The notes below the pieces were generated by a model, which did not search any database, was not told the origin of the DNA, and saw only the letters and a list, made by a program, of their open reading frames with translations. This document shows positions 33,620 to 44,777 of a stretch of 64,000 nucleotides of DNA, in pieces. Each line of letters begins with the position of its first letter. The stretch's first letter is position 1. This stretch comes from Elsinoe ampelina (Eukaryota): contig ML992502.1 of NCBI GenBank assembly GCA_010093995.1, forward strand, positions 1,047,001 through 1,111,000, read 5' to 3'. The position numbers and the translations under genes were made by a program.

Positions 33620-36437
33620 TCACTCGATATCGCCAAAGCGGCGACTCTGACGCTGCCTAACCTGAACATACGTTGCCCTGATGTGCTCCGGCAACTTCTC
33701 AATCTCCTTCTTCCCCAAAGGAACATCTTCGAATCCCGGAGGCATAGCATCTGGACCTGGACCCCTGAATCAAATTAGCGCAAGATCAACGAAAGTCAGC
33801 CACGGCACTTACTGAAGCACGGTCAATTTGATGTTACGCGCCTTGAAACGAATATCCTCGGCAGTACGAAGACTCAACGTGTTGCTGCCAGACTGGTCGG
33901 CCTTCTTGATCTCCGACCAAGCGCAACCGTAAATGGCCATCAAATCCATGAGAGCCTGATTCTCATCATTGCTCCAACCCGTTCGAGGACGAGGCTGACG
34001 AGGGGTGGCTCGCATTGGGGCATTCTGCCTGGCTACCTGTGTCGCATGCTCAAGGAATCCAGCGCCCGAGAGATGGGTGCCATTGGGATTGTAAGGTGGG
34101 ATGGCTTGGCCGGGATTGGTCCTCTGAAGCTCGGGCACTCTGCCTTGAGACGCATCCGTCATGCCGGCAGTACGTGGGCGGGTATCTCTGTTGCCAGCGG
34201 CTGATGAAGCTGTCATGTTGGCTGCTGGGGCTCGCTGAGGTGCCCCATGAACACGTGGATCGGTCTGGAATGACTGATCTTGTGATACCTCTGGAGAGTC
34301 CATCTCGTCGTAAGTACGTCGGCTGCGGGCTGGAGAAACTACCGGATAGGTGGCAGGATAGCTGTTTTGAGGGGACGTGTTTTGTTGCGCTTGACTCTGT
34401 TGGGTATCTGTCCAGGTGGGTCGAGTCGCATTTGGTTGTCGATCGACGAAGCGGCGATTTTCCTGGCCCGCTCTATTCTGCTGAGCATCGCTGATCAGAC
34501 GTTCGCGTCGTGCAAGGTCAATGCCAGAACCGCCTCTACCATTGACTGCCTGGGGTGGATCATTGTCGACAGGAAAGACGTCTGCTCCACCAGCATTGTA
34601 ATTTCGCAGATCTGCGATGAATTGTGGGTGCATTTCCTCGCCGTCATCAACAATGACTTGAGGCTGATTTGGTTCGGATTGGGACTGTTGGGCCTGCGCC
34701 GGTGCTGGCTGTGAAGGAGGAGTTGGCTGTTGCACGGCACGTCGCATTCTCTGTTTCAGCGCCGCAATGCCGTTCCTTGTGGCTCCGCTAGAATTTGGTT
34801 AGAACGATGAATCCCCGTAGAATTGCTACCGACTGACCTGGATCTTGGACCACCGGTACCACCAATGGCTGGATCCAAAGCAGGATCATTCTGGTTCTGT
34901 ACGGACTCGACTTCTCTTCGCAGCTGTTCAGCGATACTTTCAGTACCGCCGCGTTCGTCAATCATGCGGTTGAGCTCTTGGTGACGCATCTGTACCCAGC
35001 TAAGCGCCCGTCCACAAAAGGCATCCCACGAATTCTCCTCCCGCAATGTAGACAGCGCCAAGTCAAGATCATCATGGCAAGAAGCGATGAGCATTCGAAG
35101 ACCATTGACGTGTTTGACGACGGATTCATAGAAGTCCTGCGAATTGCCAGCATCGACAGCATTGTCCCAAGTGCGAATGTCGCTGATGCTAATCTCGTCT
35201 GGGAAGCCAGGCTCGCCGTTGTCGAGATCGTAAAGGAAAATTCTTGCCAAAGTCTTCTCGAGAGGCTCGTCATAGAATCCTTGCATGATGGTGTGGATGA
35301 ACAGCTGGATGCGAATCTCAAGAGCCAAACTACAAGTGGCATCGACGAGCTGACTTTCTCCAAGCAAGCCCATGAAGTTTGACTCGGATTTTAAAGAAGC
35401 TAGCAGATCATTGATGCCTTGAGAATCCATGGTTGTCATGGTCTGAATGATCTTGTCTGTAGTCCTGCTCTCGAAGATGATCTGCAAAAAGGAGACCAGA
35501 TTCGCTTTATACAGCACATCATCAGGTCTCCACGCAGCATTCTCAAGGACCGAGCCCGGAGCAAGGTCCAAAAGTGCCCTCAGGACGTGCTCGGGGTTGA
35601 TGAAGGTCTGCTTGCCGAAATCGCCTTGCATGCGACTGAATGTTCGCACACGACCGAGCAGATATTTGCGGGCAGCGCTGTTTTCGTCGTTCAATCGCTG
35701 GACTTGTTGCATGAGATCTTCCAGTGATGCGTCGGGAGGGGCAGCGGTCGCCAGGATGGCATCCGCCATACTGTCAAGATCTGGCAACGAGCCGAGCACT
35801 GCGTCTAGATCCAGGTTCTCGACCTCTTCTTGAGAGAAGGTGGTCGAGTACATGGAGGCAGCACCGACGCTGAAGCGGCCATGCTGAGACGGTCTGCCAG
35901 ATGGCTCATCGTTGAGAGGTGCGATGGTCGTCTGTGGTTGCTCGACCTCTTCGGCGACCGGCTGGAGACCTGCCTATTGGTTAGTATGGTATGCTAACCA
36001 ATGGATCCCCCGTTCTATCCCTAACCCTAACGCCAAGAGGTCGCGTCTTTCGACATCAACATGAATGACAATGATCTCTGTAGAAGACCATAGCAATGCA
36101 TGATGGTGAAGACGATGACACTCTTAGAAGACTTGGGGGCTATCGGGTGGAGGTGAATTGGATTGTGATTTCTTGGCTTGGCAAAGAAGGGTAGCATACC
36201 ACGACCGATGTCAAGAGCACCTTGGGCAAGAGCCATGCTGCTCAAACCTTCAGCAGCATCCTGACGTGCATCTTCAGGTTGACGGGAAGATGCACGCGTG
36301 TTTCTAGTTGGTAACTGAGTGACTGCTTGAGGTTCACGACTCTGACTTCTGGTGGACCTGCGAGGCGCGGTCGCGCCGCCGGGCGCACTCGCAGAAGGAC
36401 CACCTGGTGCAGGCGACGCGCTGGCGAGCCTTGCCAT
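33620..36437 (-). CDS. Telomere-repeat-binding factor-like protein (Tbf1/TRF type) with C-terminal telobox Myb domain
   Basis: Four exons (36437-36200, 35969-34838, 34787-~33813, ~33764-33620). C-terminal WSNDENQALMDLMAIYGCAWSEIKKAD...LSLRTAEDIRFKARNIK. Confidence 0.75.
36019..36031 (-). promoter_or_regulatory. (TTAGGG)2 telomeric repeat within intron 1 of the telobox gene
   Basis: CCCTAACCCTAAC on the + strand; regulatory function is inferred. Confidence 0.45.
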
Positions 36438-36742
36438 TGGAGGCCGCTGACTTGTGCAAATGTCTCGTGTACTAATTACTGGTAGTTCACGTTGAAAGAG
36501 TCGTGCGGAAGAGGACTGAAAATGGACAATCACAAGACTGATGTGATGGAAAGAAAAGAAGAGTGAGAAGCAGAGAAGGGGGAGAGGAAATCAAGCAACA
36601 TGTGGTCCAAGCTCGGCATGTGGCCTTGGCCAAAATTTACCTGATACCTCAGAACCCCAGTCGAGTACATCTAAGTCAGTCAAATCTGTACTGGTCAGAG
36701 TCATCGAACGCAGTCCGGGAGCATCAATACCAGCGCGCAGCC

Positions 36743-37483
36743 ATGATATGTCATCGCTGCATACGTGCAGCATCATGGAGTAGCAGAGTCACTCAGAACC
36801 GATCGATATCGCGAACAGCGTACCTTGCTACGACACCAATCTCGCCAAATGCCGCTACACAAGCCTCACCTCGTCCTGCACCCCCAGGATCGCCGCATCA
36901 GCCTCCGGCAGCGACTTCGACGTCTGCAGCGCAACCCTTCTCGACGCCATTGATGCCCGCGCGACCCAAAGCGAAAAAGGAAAAAGCCCCAAATATACCG
37001 AAGTCTTCGATTCCAGCTGGAATGCCGCTCAAAGGTCTCAATCTGATCAAGGGCAAGCAAGATCCAATTGCTATGGAAGATAAGGACTATCCCGCCTGGT
37101 TGTGGACCTTGCTAGTGGATAACAAGTCTTCTGGATCAGGCGCAGCAGAGGGAGAAGGAGATCTATACGGTATGTATGCCGCTTGCGATCATGTCTAGAT
37201 CTAATGTGTAATAGCTAAATCTGCGAAACAAAGACGAAAGGCAGCAAAGGCGCTGCGGAAACGGGAAGCGGCTCTTGCAGCATCTGGAGAATCATTAGCA
37301 CCGCCAGTGCCGATAGAGGAGCAAAGTGTTGATCTACCAGCTGGAGACAGTCTCGGCACAAGTGAAGCAGCGGTGCAACTGAACATAGAAGCGACGAGCG
37401 CGCGGCAGGACGTGACCAAAGCATTGAGGAAGAAGAGGCGGGCGAAGATCAAGGAGATGAACTTCCTCAAGAGCATGTCGTAG
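36743..37483 (+). CDS. MRPL37: Mitochondrial ribosomal protein mL54 (L37)
   Basis: Arg/Ser-rich presequence; SSIPAG.PLKGLN.IKGKQDPIA.ED.DYPAWLWTLL; intron 37170-37214; ends RRAKIKEMNFLKSMS. Confidence 0.88.
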
Positions 37484-37634
37484 GAGGCGGCGCAAGCATA
37501 TTTGTAAGATACCCTGGTGGCTGTACAGGTTGGGTCAATTATGAGGAGGGTATATACAGGTCATTAGAACGAGGTCATGAATGTGGTCGTCGAAGAAAGA
37601 GGGACACTGCAGGTCACCACTCTCTAATCGGCCA

Positions 37635-38183
37635 TCAATCAAGCCAGCCCTCCACCCATCCATCCTTGTCTCGCATGGCGGTGCATACGGACTCTCTTCT
37701 TCCACTTTCCAAGTCAGCCTCTCTTTGGACCTCTTCCTCCTCTCCGGACGTGTCGAGCAAGATTCCCGCCGATTTTACAATCAGCTCTTCAGACTTGAGG
37801 ATGAATGTCTCCAGCGATGTAAAGGCAAAGTCAAGGACTTGCGATATCCTCTTTCCGGAAATCATGGGCTCCTCTGACCTTGTGGAATCAGTCGCAGATG
37901 GGGCGGATTGTGAAGCTTCGGGACTGCCGCTCGTCACTGGTGCTCCAGTGCTGTGTGATATGAAGATGGGTAGACCCATGGTCTCCTTAGCTAGTGCGTC
38001 CATTGTCCAGCTGAAATCCGACTTTTGGTCTCCGAGAATTGGCGAGAAGCAGGAGCCAACAGAGCTTGTCGAATTAATTGTACCAATCGACTCGACCGAA
38101 TTTGACCGTGAGTGAATCCGTAGTGCAGGCCGTGTATGATCCGACGGACCAGCAAAATATATCGAGTCCACCATAACCTCCAT
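37635..38183 (-). CDS. Hypothetical Ser-rich protein (182 aa)
   Basis: ATG-initiated ORF in an otherwise empty interval, convergent with MRPL37; no recognisable domain. Confidence 0.45.
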   Translation of the reverse strand: MEVMVDSIYFAGPSDHTRPALRIHSRSNSVESIGTINSTSSVGSCFSPILGDQKSDFSWTMDALAKETMGLPIFISHSTGAPVTSGSPEASQSAPSATDSTRSEEPMISGKRISQVLDFAFTSLETFILKSEELIVKSAGILLDTSGEEEEVQREADLESGRRESVCTAMRDKDGWVEGWLD

Positions 38184-38912
38184 TATGTGTGCTTATTGAA
38201 CTTCTTGGTTCTGCGTCTAAAGCGTCCGGATGCGGTGTCGAGGTAAAAATGACCAAAGAGGAGAACAAAGAAATGTGCACAGCGATTGCGCCAGGACTTA
38301 CCTTTCTATCGCATGCAGCACGAGACATTAATCAAATCAGATGTCATAGTTGGCTTGACCAGCCTTGGGTAATGTGCGAGAGTCTGCTGATGCGTTTGGC
38401 ACTGAGACTGGGAGCGGGAGGCTGGGTGGGGGCCACGGCTGTCACGAGACCAGGCCATTTCAGATTGAAGCCGTTGCCATGCGGTGAAGAATGGAGGAAC
38501 CCGTTGCGTGACCTCACCGCTTGAAAATGGTAATAAAGTACATGCACATCACTTGTGTAGAAGTGTTGTAATTGTAGTGTACGAGAACATGACAAGACTT
38601 CCTGGTTCGGTCACGTCGAGACGTGTCGCTTCCGAAAATGAAGGGTCTGTATTTATTTGTTTATTCCGCGGCTATACCGAGGGACGATGTTGGACACAGG
38701 GGGAAGCAGCCATTGGCTCTGGCTTCAGCTTTGATGAAACACCGACAATTTCACTCCCCCAGGCTGTCTCTTCCTTATACCATAGACACGACAGCAAGAC
38801 ACATCGGTAAAGCCTTCTACGATCGTCCTCACTCATTCCCTCCTTTTGCTACACGCGCATATCCGACACGTCGTGATACACCTGTTCATTCCTTCAGCGC
38901 AATTGATTCACC

Positions 38913-40486
38913 ATGGCCAGCATTTATCAGTCCTTCCTTCGCGCTCCGAGAATCGAACAGCTAGCTGCCAATGCCTCGATCCACTATATTACCACAACCA
39001 CCACCATCCTGAAGCCGGATGCCATCATCAAACATCTAGAAGTGCAGTCCCGAGCTGTGGAGAAGAAGGAAGAGAAGATCTTGAATGTGACTGAAGCAAG
39101 CAATGGCCTCTGCATTGAGACGGAGACAGTTCTTCAATTCAGAAATGGCGGAGGAGTCATCCTCCCCGGAATGGACATCAACATGCTGGCAGACATGACC
39201 GTCGTCTGTCCAATGGTAGGTGACCACTGCCCAGCAGTCGAAATGGTCTAACGATACAGGTCCACGTCGTGACCCTGGACTCGGACGGAAAAATTGCCCA
39301 GATTCGTCTCTACTGGGACCAGGCAACGCTGCTCAAGCAAGTCGAGGCTATTGGCAAGACCGGACGCAACTGGCCCATCCGTGATGGCAAGGCACAGGTG
39401 AAGCTCGTGCAGGACAGCATCAAGACCCCCGGACAAGCTGCAGCAGGCGCCCAAAGTGACATCGCTTTGCGCACCACAAGTGGCCGTGTCGAGGAAGATT
39501 ATACCAAGCGTTTATTCGCGACCGCGGAAGAGCCGGAAAGGAGCAGGAGCACATCAGGCGTAGCTCCTCGAGAGTCGGCAAAGCCAGGTCAGCGCCAATG
39601 GGGAGAGCTTTTCGTCAGTGAGCAGACAGCTGGCGATGCCGTATCGGACATCGGTAGTCCCAATGTTCGCAGCCCATACCAACCAGTACTGAAAGCCGGA
39701 GCTGGGAAAAACTACACTTCAAATCGACTGTTCGACGAGAAGGACGGAACGCAGCGTGAGCGATCGCCAGAACGCAAGCACGTAGATCCCAACAGGTACG
39801 ATCATTTCGAGTTTGGTGCAGGAGATGAGGTACCGAGCAAGCTCAATAAAGCTCTTGGACTTGCAGGAAAGAAGCAAACAAGTAATTGGGACTTTGAAGA
39901 CTTTGCGACTCCGGCGAAGCATGTTCCAAAGCCGCAAAAAGAACATGAACGTCACTTCGGTTATGGGATCGATGACGATGATAACACACCACACAAGCGC
40001 AATCCAACGCACTTACCTCGTCCCGACGCAAAGACTAACTTTGAGATGACCGAGGACATTTCTCCTCAGAAAGGACCTTTGAGCACCAAGACTAACATCA
40101 ACACCAGTCGCCGCCATGATGATTACGATCCGCAATTCCAGATGAAGAATGCATCCAGCCCCGCGGGAGAGAATGCCCCCAAGCCGAAGAGCAACACCAA
40201 TGCCCCACTGAAGCCCAGGGATGACATGAGGTCGAACTGGTCGCTGGCTGAAATGGGTTCTGACGATGCGCCGGGTGTTCAGAACAAGAAGATCTACAAG
40301 ACCGCAGGCGACGGCATGGGTGGACGAGCAGGGACCAGATTCTGGGACGTCTCAGCTGACGACGCGCCGGCGAATTATGGTGGCAAGGGTGGCCAGAAGC
40401 AAGTGTACAAGACTGCTGGTAATGGCATGGGTGGCAGGAAAGGTCACGGACTGGAGTGGAGCATCGGTGATCCTGATGCTATGTAG
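38913..40486 (+). CDS. Fungal NTF2-like domain protein with disordered C-terminus and two YKTAGxGMGGR repeats
   Basis: Intron 39216-39259 joins the ORFs; KIAQIRLYWDQATLLKQVEAIG..RNWPI motif. Confidence 0.75.
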
Positions 40487-41291
40487 GATGATGGCGGCCG
40501 AAGGTGGCCATGGACGACCGCTGCCAAAAGGTAGTTGGCGATTGAGTGATGATACTGATGAGTTTGATACCTGGTCGCGCGGAGCACGGAGGCAGCTTGT
40601 CTAGGTGGTAGTACCTTTCAGCTCTATGGTTCCTGTTGTCGATACCACATTGCTATAGCAAGACATGCATGAATGGGTTCCTCATAGCAGTGTTTCTGGG
40701 TGATGTGCCATTATCAAATAGGATCAGTGATGACATTTCACCTCTTGACCATCATCCGCAGGCGAGAATACCGAGAAGAAGAGCTGCGAGAGCCGTCTGT
40801 AGAGATGGACTTGACCAGACTTTTGAAGGCGTCTAATAAGTGACCAGCATGCCATGTTATATCCGGGGCTAGTCGTCGATTTATGCTTGACGTGATGCGG
40901 ATCTGGAGATGACCCCCAGGACCGAGTCTATGGGGCATTATCCGCACATGGGAATACACCGGACATAGGAGCCTTGAACCAAAATGACGCTCCTTGATTG
41001 GCTATCGGGGACAGGTCGGCTTTCACGCGGAGAGCTCTGGAGGACGCGCGGGGTACCAGGTCTCACCTTGTCGATTTGAAGACCAAAATTGCCCTACACC
41101 ACTGTCGTCGGTTTCTAGATTTGCCAAGAACGGCTTCAAGAGCCCTCGCTCGAGCCAGAAGATATAACCGCCTTCGTCCGGCTCGCAGGTCTTTGATACA
41201 AGGTGTGTTCAGAACATCGACCAGGTGGGAAGCTCAACTCTCATTTTTACTTTTCACAACCTCAGCAATCTTGTACAAGAGTACAAACGTC

Positions 41292-42908
41292 ATGGCTATT
41301 GTCGATTTCCTCATCTCGCCTTGGGCACTTCTCGCTCTGCCCATTGTTCTCTATATCCTTCCTTACGTCAAGAACAAAGCTATCTTGGATATACAAGGAC
41401 CCTTCCCTGCTCCTTTCACGAACCTATGGCTCATGTACCAGTGCCGACGAGGGAGGAGGTATCAAGCCGTGGACGAGGCGCATAAGAAGTACGGCAAATT
41501 GGTACGCCTGCAACCACATCATGTGTCGATCGCGGATGCGTCTGCAATCAATGCTGTCTACGGACATGGCAATGGATTCCTCAAGAGGTATGTACGTTGC
41601 GGCTACGGCAGAAATCCAGATCTGACCTAGGTACAGCGAGTATTATGACGCCTTTGTGAGCATCCACCGCGGACTTTTCAACACCAGAGACCGAGCAGAG
41701 CACAGCCGAAAGAGGAAGACGGTGGCACACACATTCAGCGCGAAGAGTGTCCTTCAATTTGAGCAGTATATGCATCACAACTTGGAGCAATTGACCAAGC
41801 AATGGGACAGCTTCTCGAAGTTGGCACATGGTGGTTTCTCCAAGTTGGATGCATTGAATTGGTTCAACTATACCGCTTTTGACATTATTGGAGATCTCGC
41901 CTTTGGTCAGCCTTTTGGTATGCTTGAGAAGGGACGCGATATCGCAGAGGTCAGGGCCACTCCAGACTCACCACCAAAGTATGCGCCTGCTATCGAGGTA
42001 TTAAATCGGAGAGGAGAGGTCTCGGGTACTATCGGTTGCTGGCCATGGATTCGTCCCTACGCAAAGTATCTCCCCGATCCATTCTTCAGCAGTAAGTCTT
42101 GCCCGTACCATGCGAGGGTGTCACTGACACAGAAGTAGAGGGCATCAAAGCCGTCGAGAACCTTGCCGGTATCGCCATTGCCCGCGTCAACTACCGCCTC
42201 GCCAACGCAGACAGTATCGACCGTGTGGATCTGCTGGCAAGGCTCATGGAAGGCAAAGACGAAAAGGGCGAGAAGCTTGGTCGAGCAGAGCTGACCGCTG
42301 AAGCTCTTACTCAGCTCATCGCTGGTAGCGATACCACTTCCAACACTTCCTGCGCAATTGCTTACTACACCCTGAAGCACCCTCAGGTCTGCAAGAAACT
42401 CCAAACAGAGCTCGACAAGGCCATCCCTGCCGACATTGCTGTCCCAACCTACGAAATGGTCAAGGATCTGCCATATCTCGATTCCGTGATCAAGGAGACG
42501 ATGAGGATCCACTCCACATCATCACTCGGTTTGCCACGAATGGTCCCCGATGGACCAGGCATTGACCTTCTCGGCCACCACTTCCCTCCTGGCTCCGTCC
42601 TCAGCGTTCCTGCTTACACCATCCACCACTCCAAGGAGATCTGGGGCTCAGACGCCGACGAATTTGTCCCAGAACGTTGGGAAAGGGTAACGGAGAAGCA
42701 GAAGGAGGCTTTTATCCCCTTCAGCACAGGTCCACGTGCATGCGTTGGCCGCAACGTTGCTGAGATGGAGCTTGCTCTGATCATCAGTACTGTCTTCCAC
42801 CGCTATGAGTTTGAGCTGTATCAAGACAAGCTCGAGACAAGAGAGGGATTCCTACGAAAGCCCCTAGAATGCTGGGTCGGTCTGAAGAAAAGACCCAACG
42901 TTGCATGA
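41292..42908 (+). CDS. bphA: Cytochrome P450 CYP53, benzoate 4-hydroxylase
   Basis: Three exons; HRGLFNTRDRAEHSRKRK, AEALTQLIAGSDTTS, ETMR, PERW and FSTGPRACVG heme motif. Confidence 0.9.
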
Positions 42909-43031
42909 ACAATGAGAGGATGTCCTTTGGAAAGCAATGATCTATACCACCTCCACGCTATGTACAGAATTGTATAATGTCATACCACACTCGTAGACCT
43001 CTCGTGCCTCCTATAGCTTTACCACGGGTAG

Positions 43032-43844
43032 TCACGCTCTCGCTTCCACAGCTTCTCTCAGCTTCTTGATGACTTCACCCGGATCCTTTGCCCCAAACAC
43101 CGCCGACCCAGCCACAATGACATTCGCACCCGCTTCCGCCGCAACATCGATCGTCTTCTCCGACAGCCCGCCATCGACCTCAATGTTCAGCTCAGGATAT
43201 CGTTTCCGTAGCGCCTCGACCTTGGGCATCATCTCCGGCATGAACTTTTGCCCGCCGAAACCGGGCTCGACTGTCATGATAAGCACCATCTAGTCAGATC
43301 AGCTTTAGGCACTGATATACAGTCAGGCTTGACGAGACAATAGAGGACTCACATCAGGTACCTCCTCCTTACTCTCACTATCCAACAAGGGATAGAGCAC
43401 ATCCACCTTCGTCCCCGGCTTGATCGCCACCCCCGCCCTCAGCCCCAAAGAATGCACATACTTCACCATATCCCTCGAACTCGTTTTCTCATTCGACGTC
43501 CCCGCCGGCTCCACCGCCCCCGTCGATCCCTCCGCCGCCTCATAGTGGAAGCAATACAAATCACACCCCGCATCCGCGAACGACTTCACCCACTTCTTCG
43601 GCTCCGCGATCATCATGTGGCAATCGAATGTTCCCTTGCCGAATGCTTGCGTCGGTTTGTCCACGTGTGGTCGGATCATGGTCACCACGGGGGCGCCGAA
43701 GGTCATGTTCGGGACGAAGTGCCCGTCCATGATGTCGATGTGCAGCCAGTCGGCGCCGTGGGCTATGGTATCGGAGCATGCTTTACCTAGGGCGCCGAAG
43801 TCGGCGGAGAGAATGGAGGGGGCGATTATGGCTGGTGGTGGCAT
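43032..43844 (-). CDS. RPE1: Ribulose-5-phosphate 3-epimerase
   Basis: [38 protein letters not shown] and EVDGG motifs; one intron ~43290-43352. Confidence 0.95.
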
Positions 43845-44777
43845 GGTGGAATTGAGGGTAGTGGATTGGCTTGGGTGGAATCTGTTCGGGGCGTGATTGC
43901 GCTGCTGCAGGTACGGTGAAAGGCGGGAAGATCAGCAACCAATGCCGAGAGGATCAATTGACTATCCGAATTGATCACGTAGATTGAGTGGGTGATGTCG
44001 TCGTCGGAAGAGCTCCGGAGATGGTGGCGTCACCGCACAAAGCTTTCGGAGCCGCATCGCCGTCATCTCTTCTGCATCAACATCACCAAACTCACGACTA
44101 GAACAGCCAAGCTATCAAGCTCAAGCTATTGAATGCTGCAGACGAGAGCTATCGATTCCAATGCATGACTAGGTCAATGACAGGCCAGTCATGTATGCTG
44201 CTGTGGTGGAACCTCATCCCGGACTTCTTATTGGCTTCCTCTAAGCGCCCATGCAGCGCGTACACGATACCAAGTTTGCTACAACCAACCAGCACAAGAA
44301 TAGTTCCAACCTCTCTGACAGTCTAAGCCTCGGTCGTACTAGCTGAGCTCGATGACCTTGATCCATTCACGACCAGACCGATTTCCAGGTCCGGCCCGCA
44401 GACCGTGCGATGTCCTGCATCAATGGCGGCAGAAGGCGCCGTTCAACCAGGATGCAGACGTAGTATGCACGAGACCAATGCGACCTCTCCGCAACCGTGC
44501 CCGAATTCGGCATCTAATCTTACAGCCACCATGCAAGCGCCAGAGGTAAGGCGCGTATATACTCACCGGTCCTCTGCCGATTCTTCCCTCTTCTCCCTTT
44601 CCTGCATCAGCCTTAGTTTCTTTGCGTGTGCCATTCTGTATCTCCTAACTGCTTTTTGGCGTTTATCGATTCTCCGCTGGTCGGATTGCATAGCAAAGCA
44701 CTAATAATCCCGACTTTACAAGAACATCAAGCAATTCACAGTATCTAGTTTGAAACGAAACACAAAATCGAAACAAC

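Noticed and set aside
34756..34840. Apparent frameshift or split between ORFs 34756-35853 and 33809-34747
   Set aside because: Resolved by a canonical GT-AG intron at 34788-34837.
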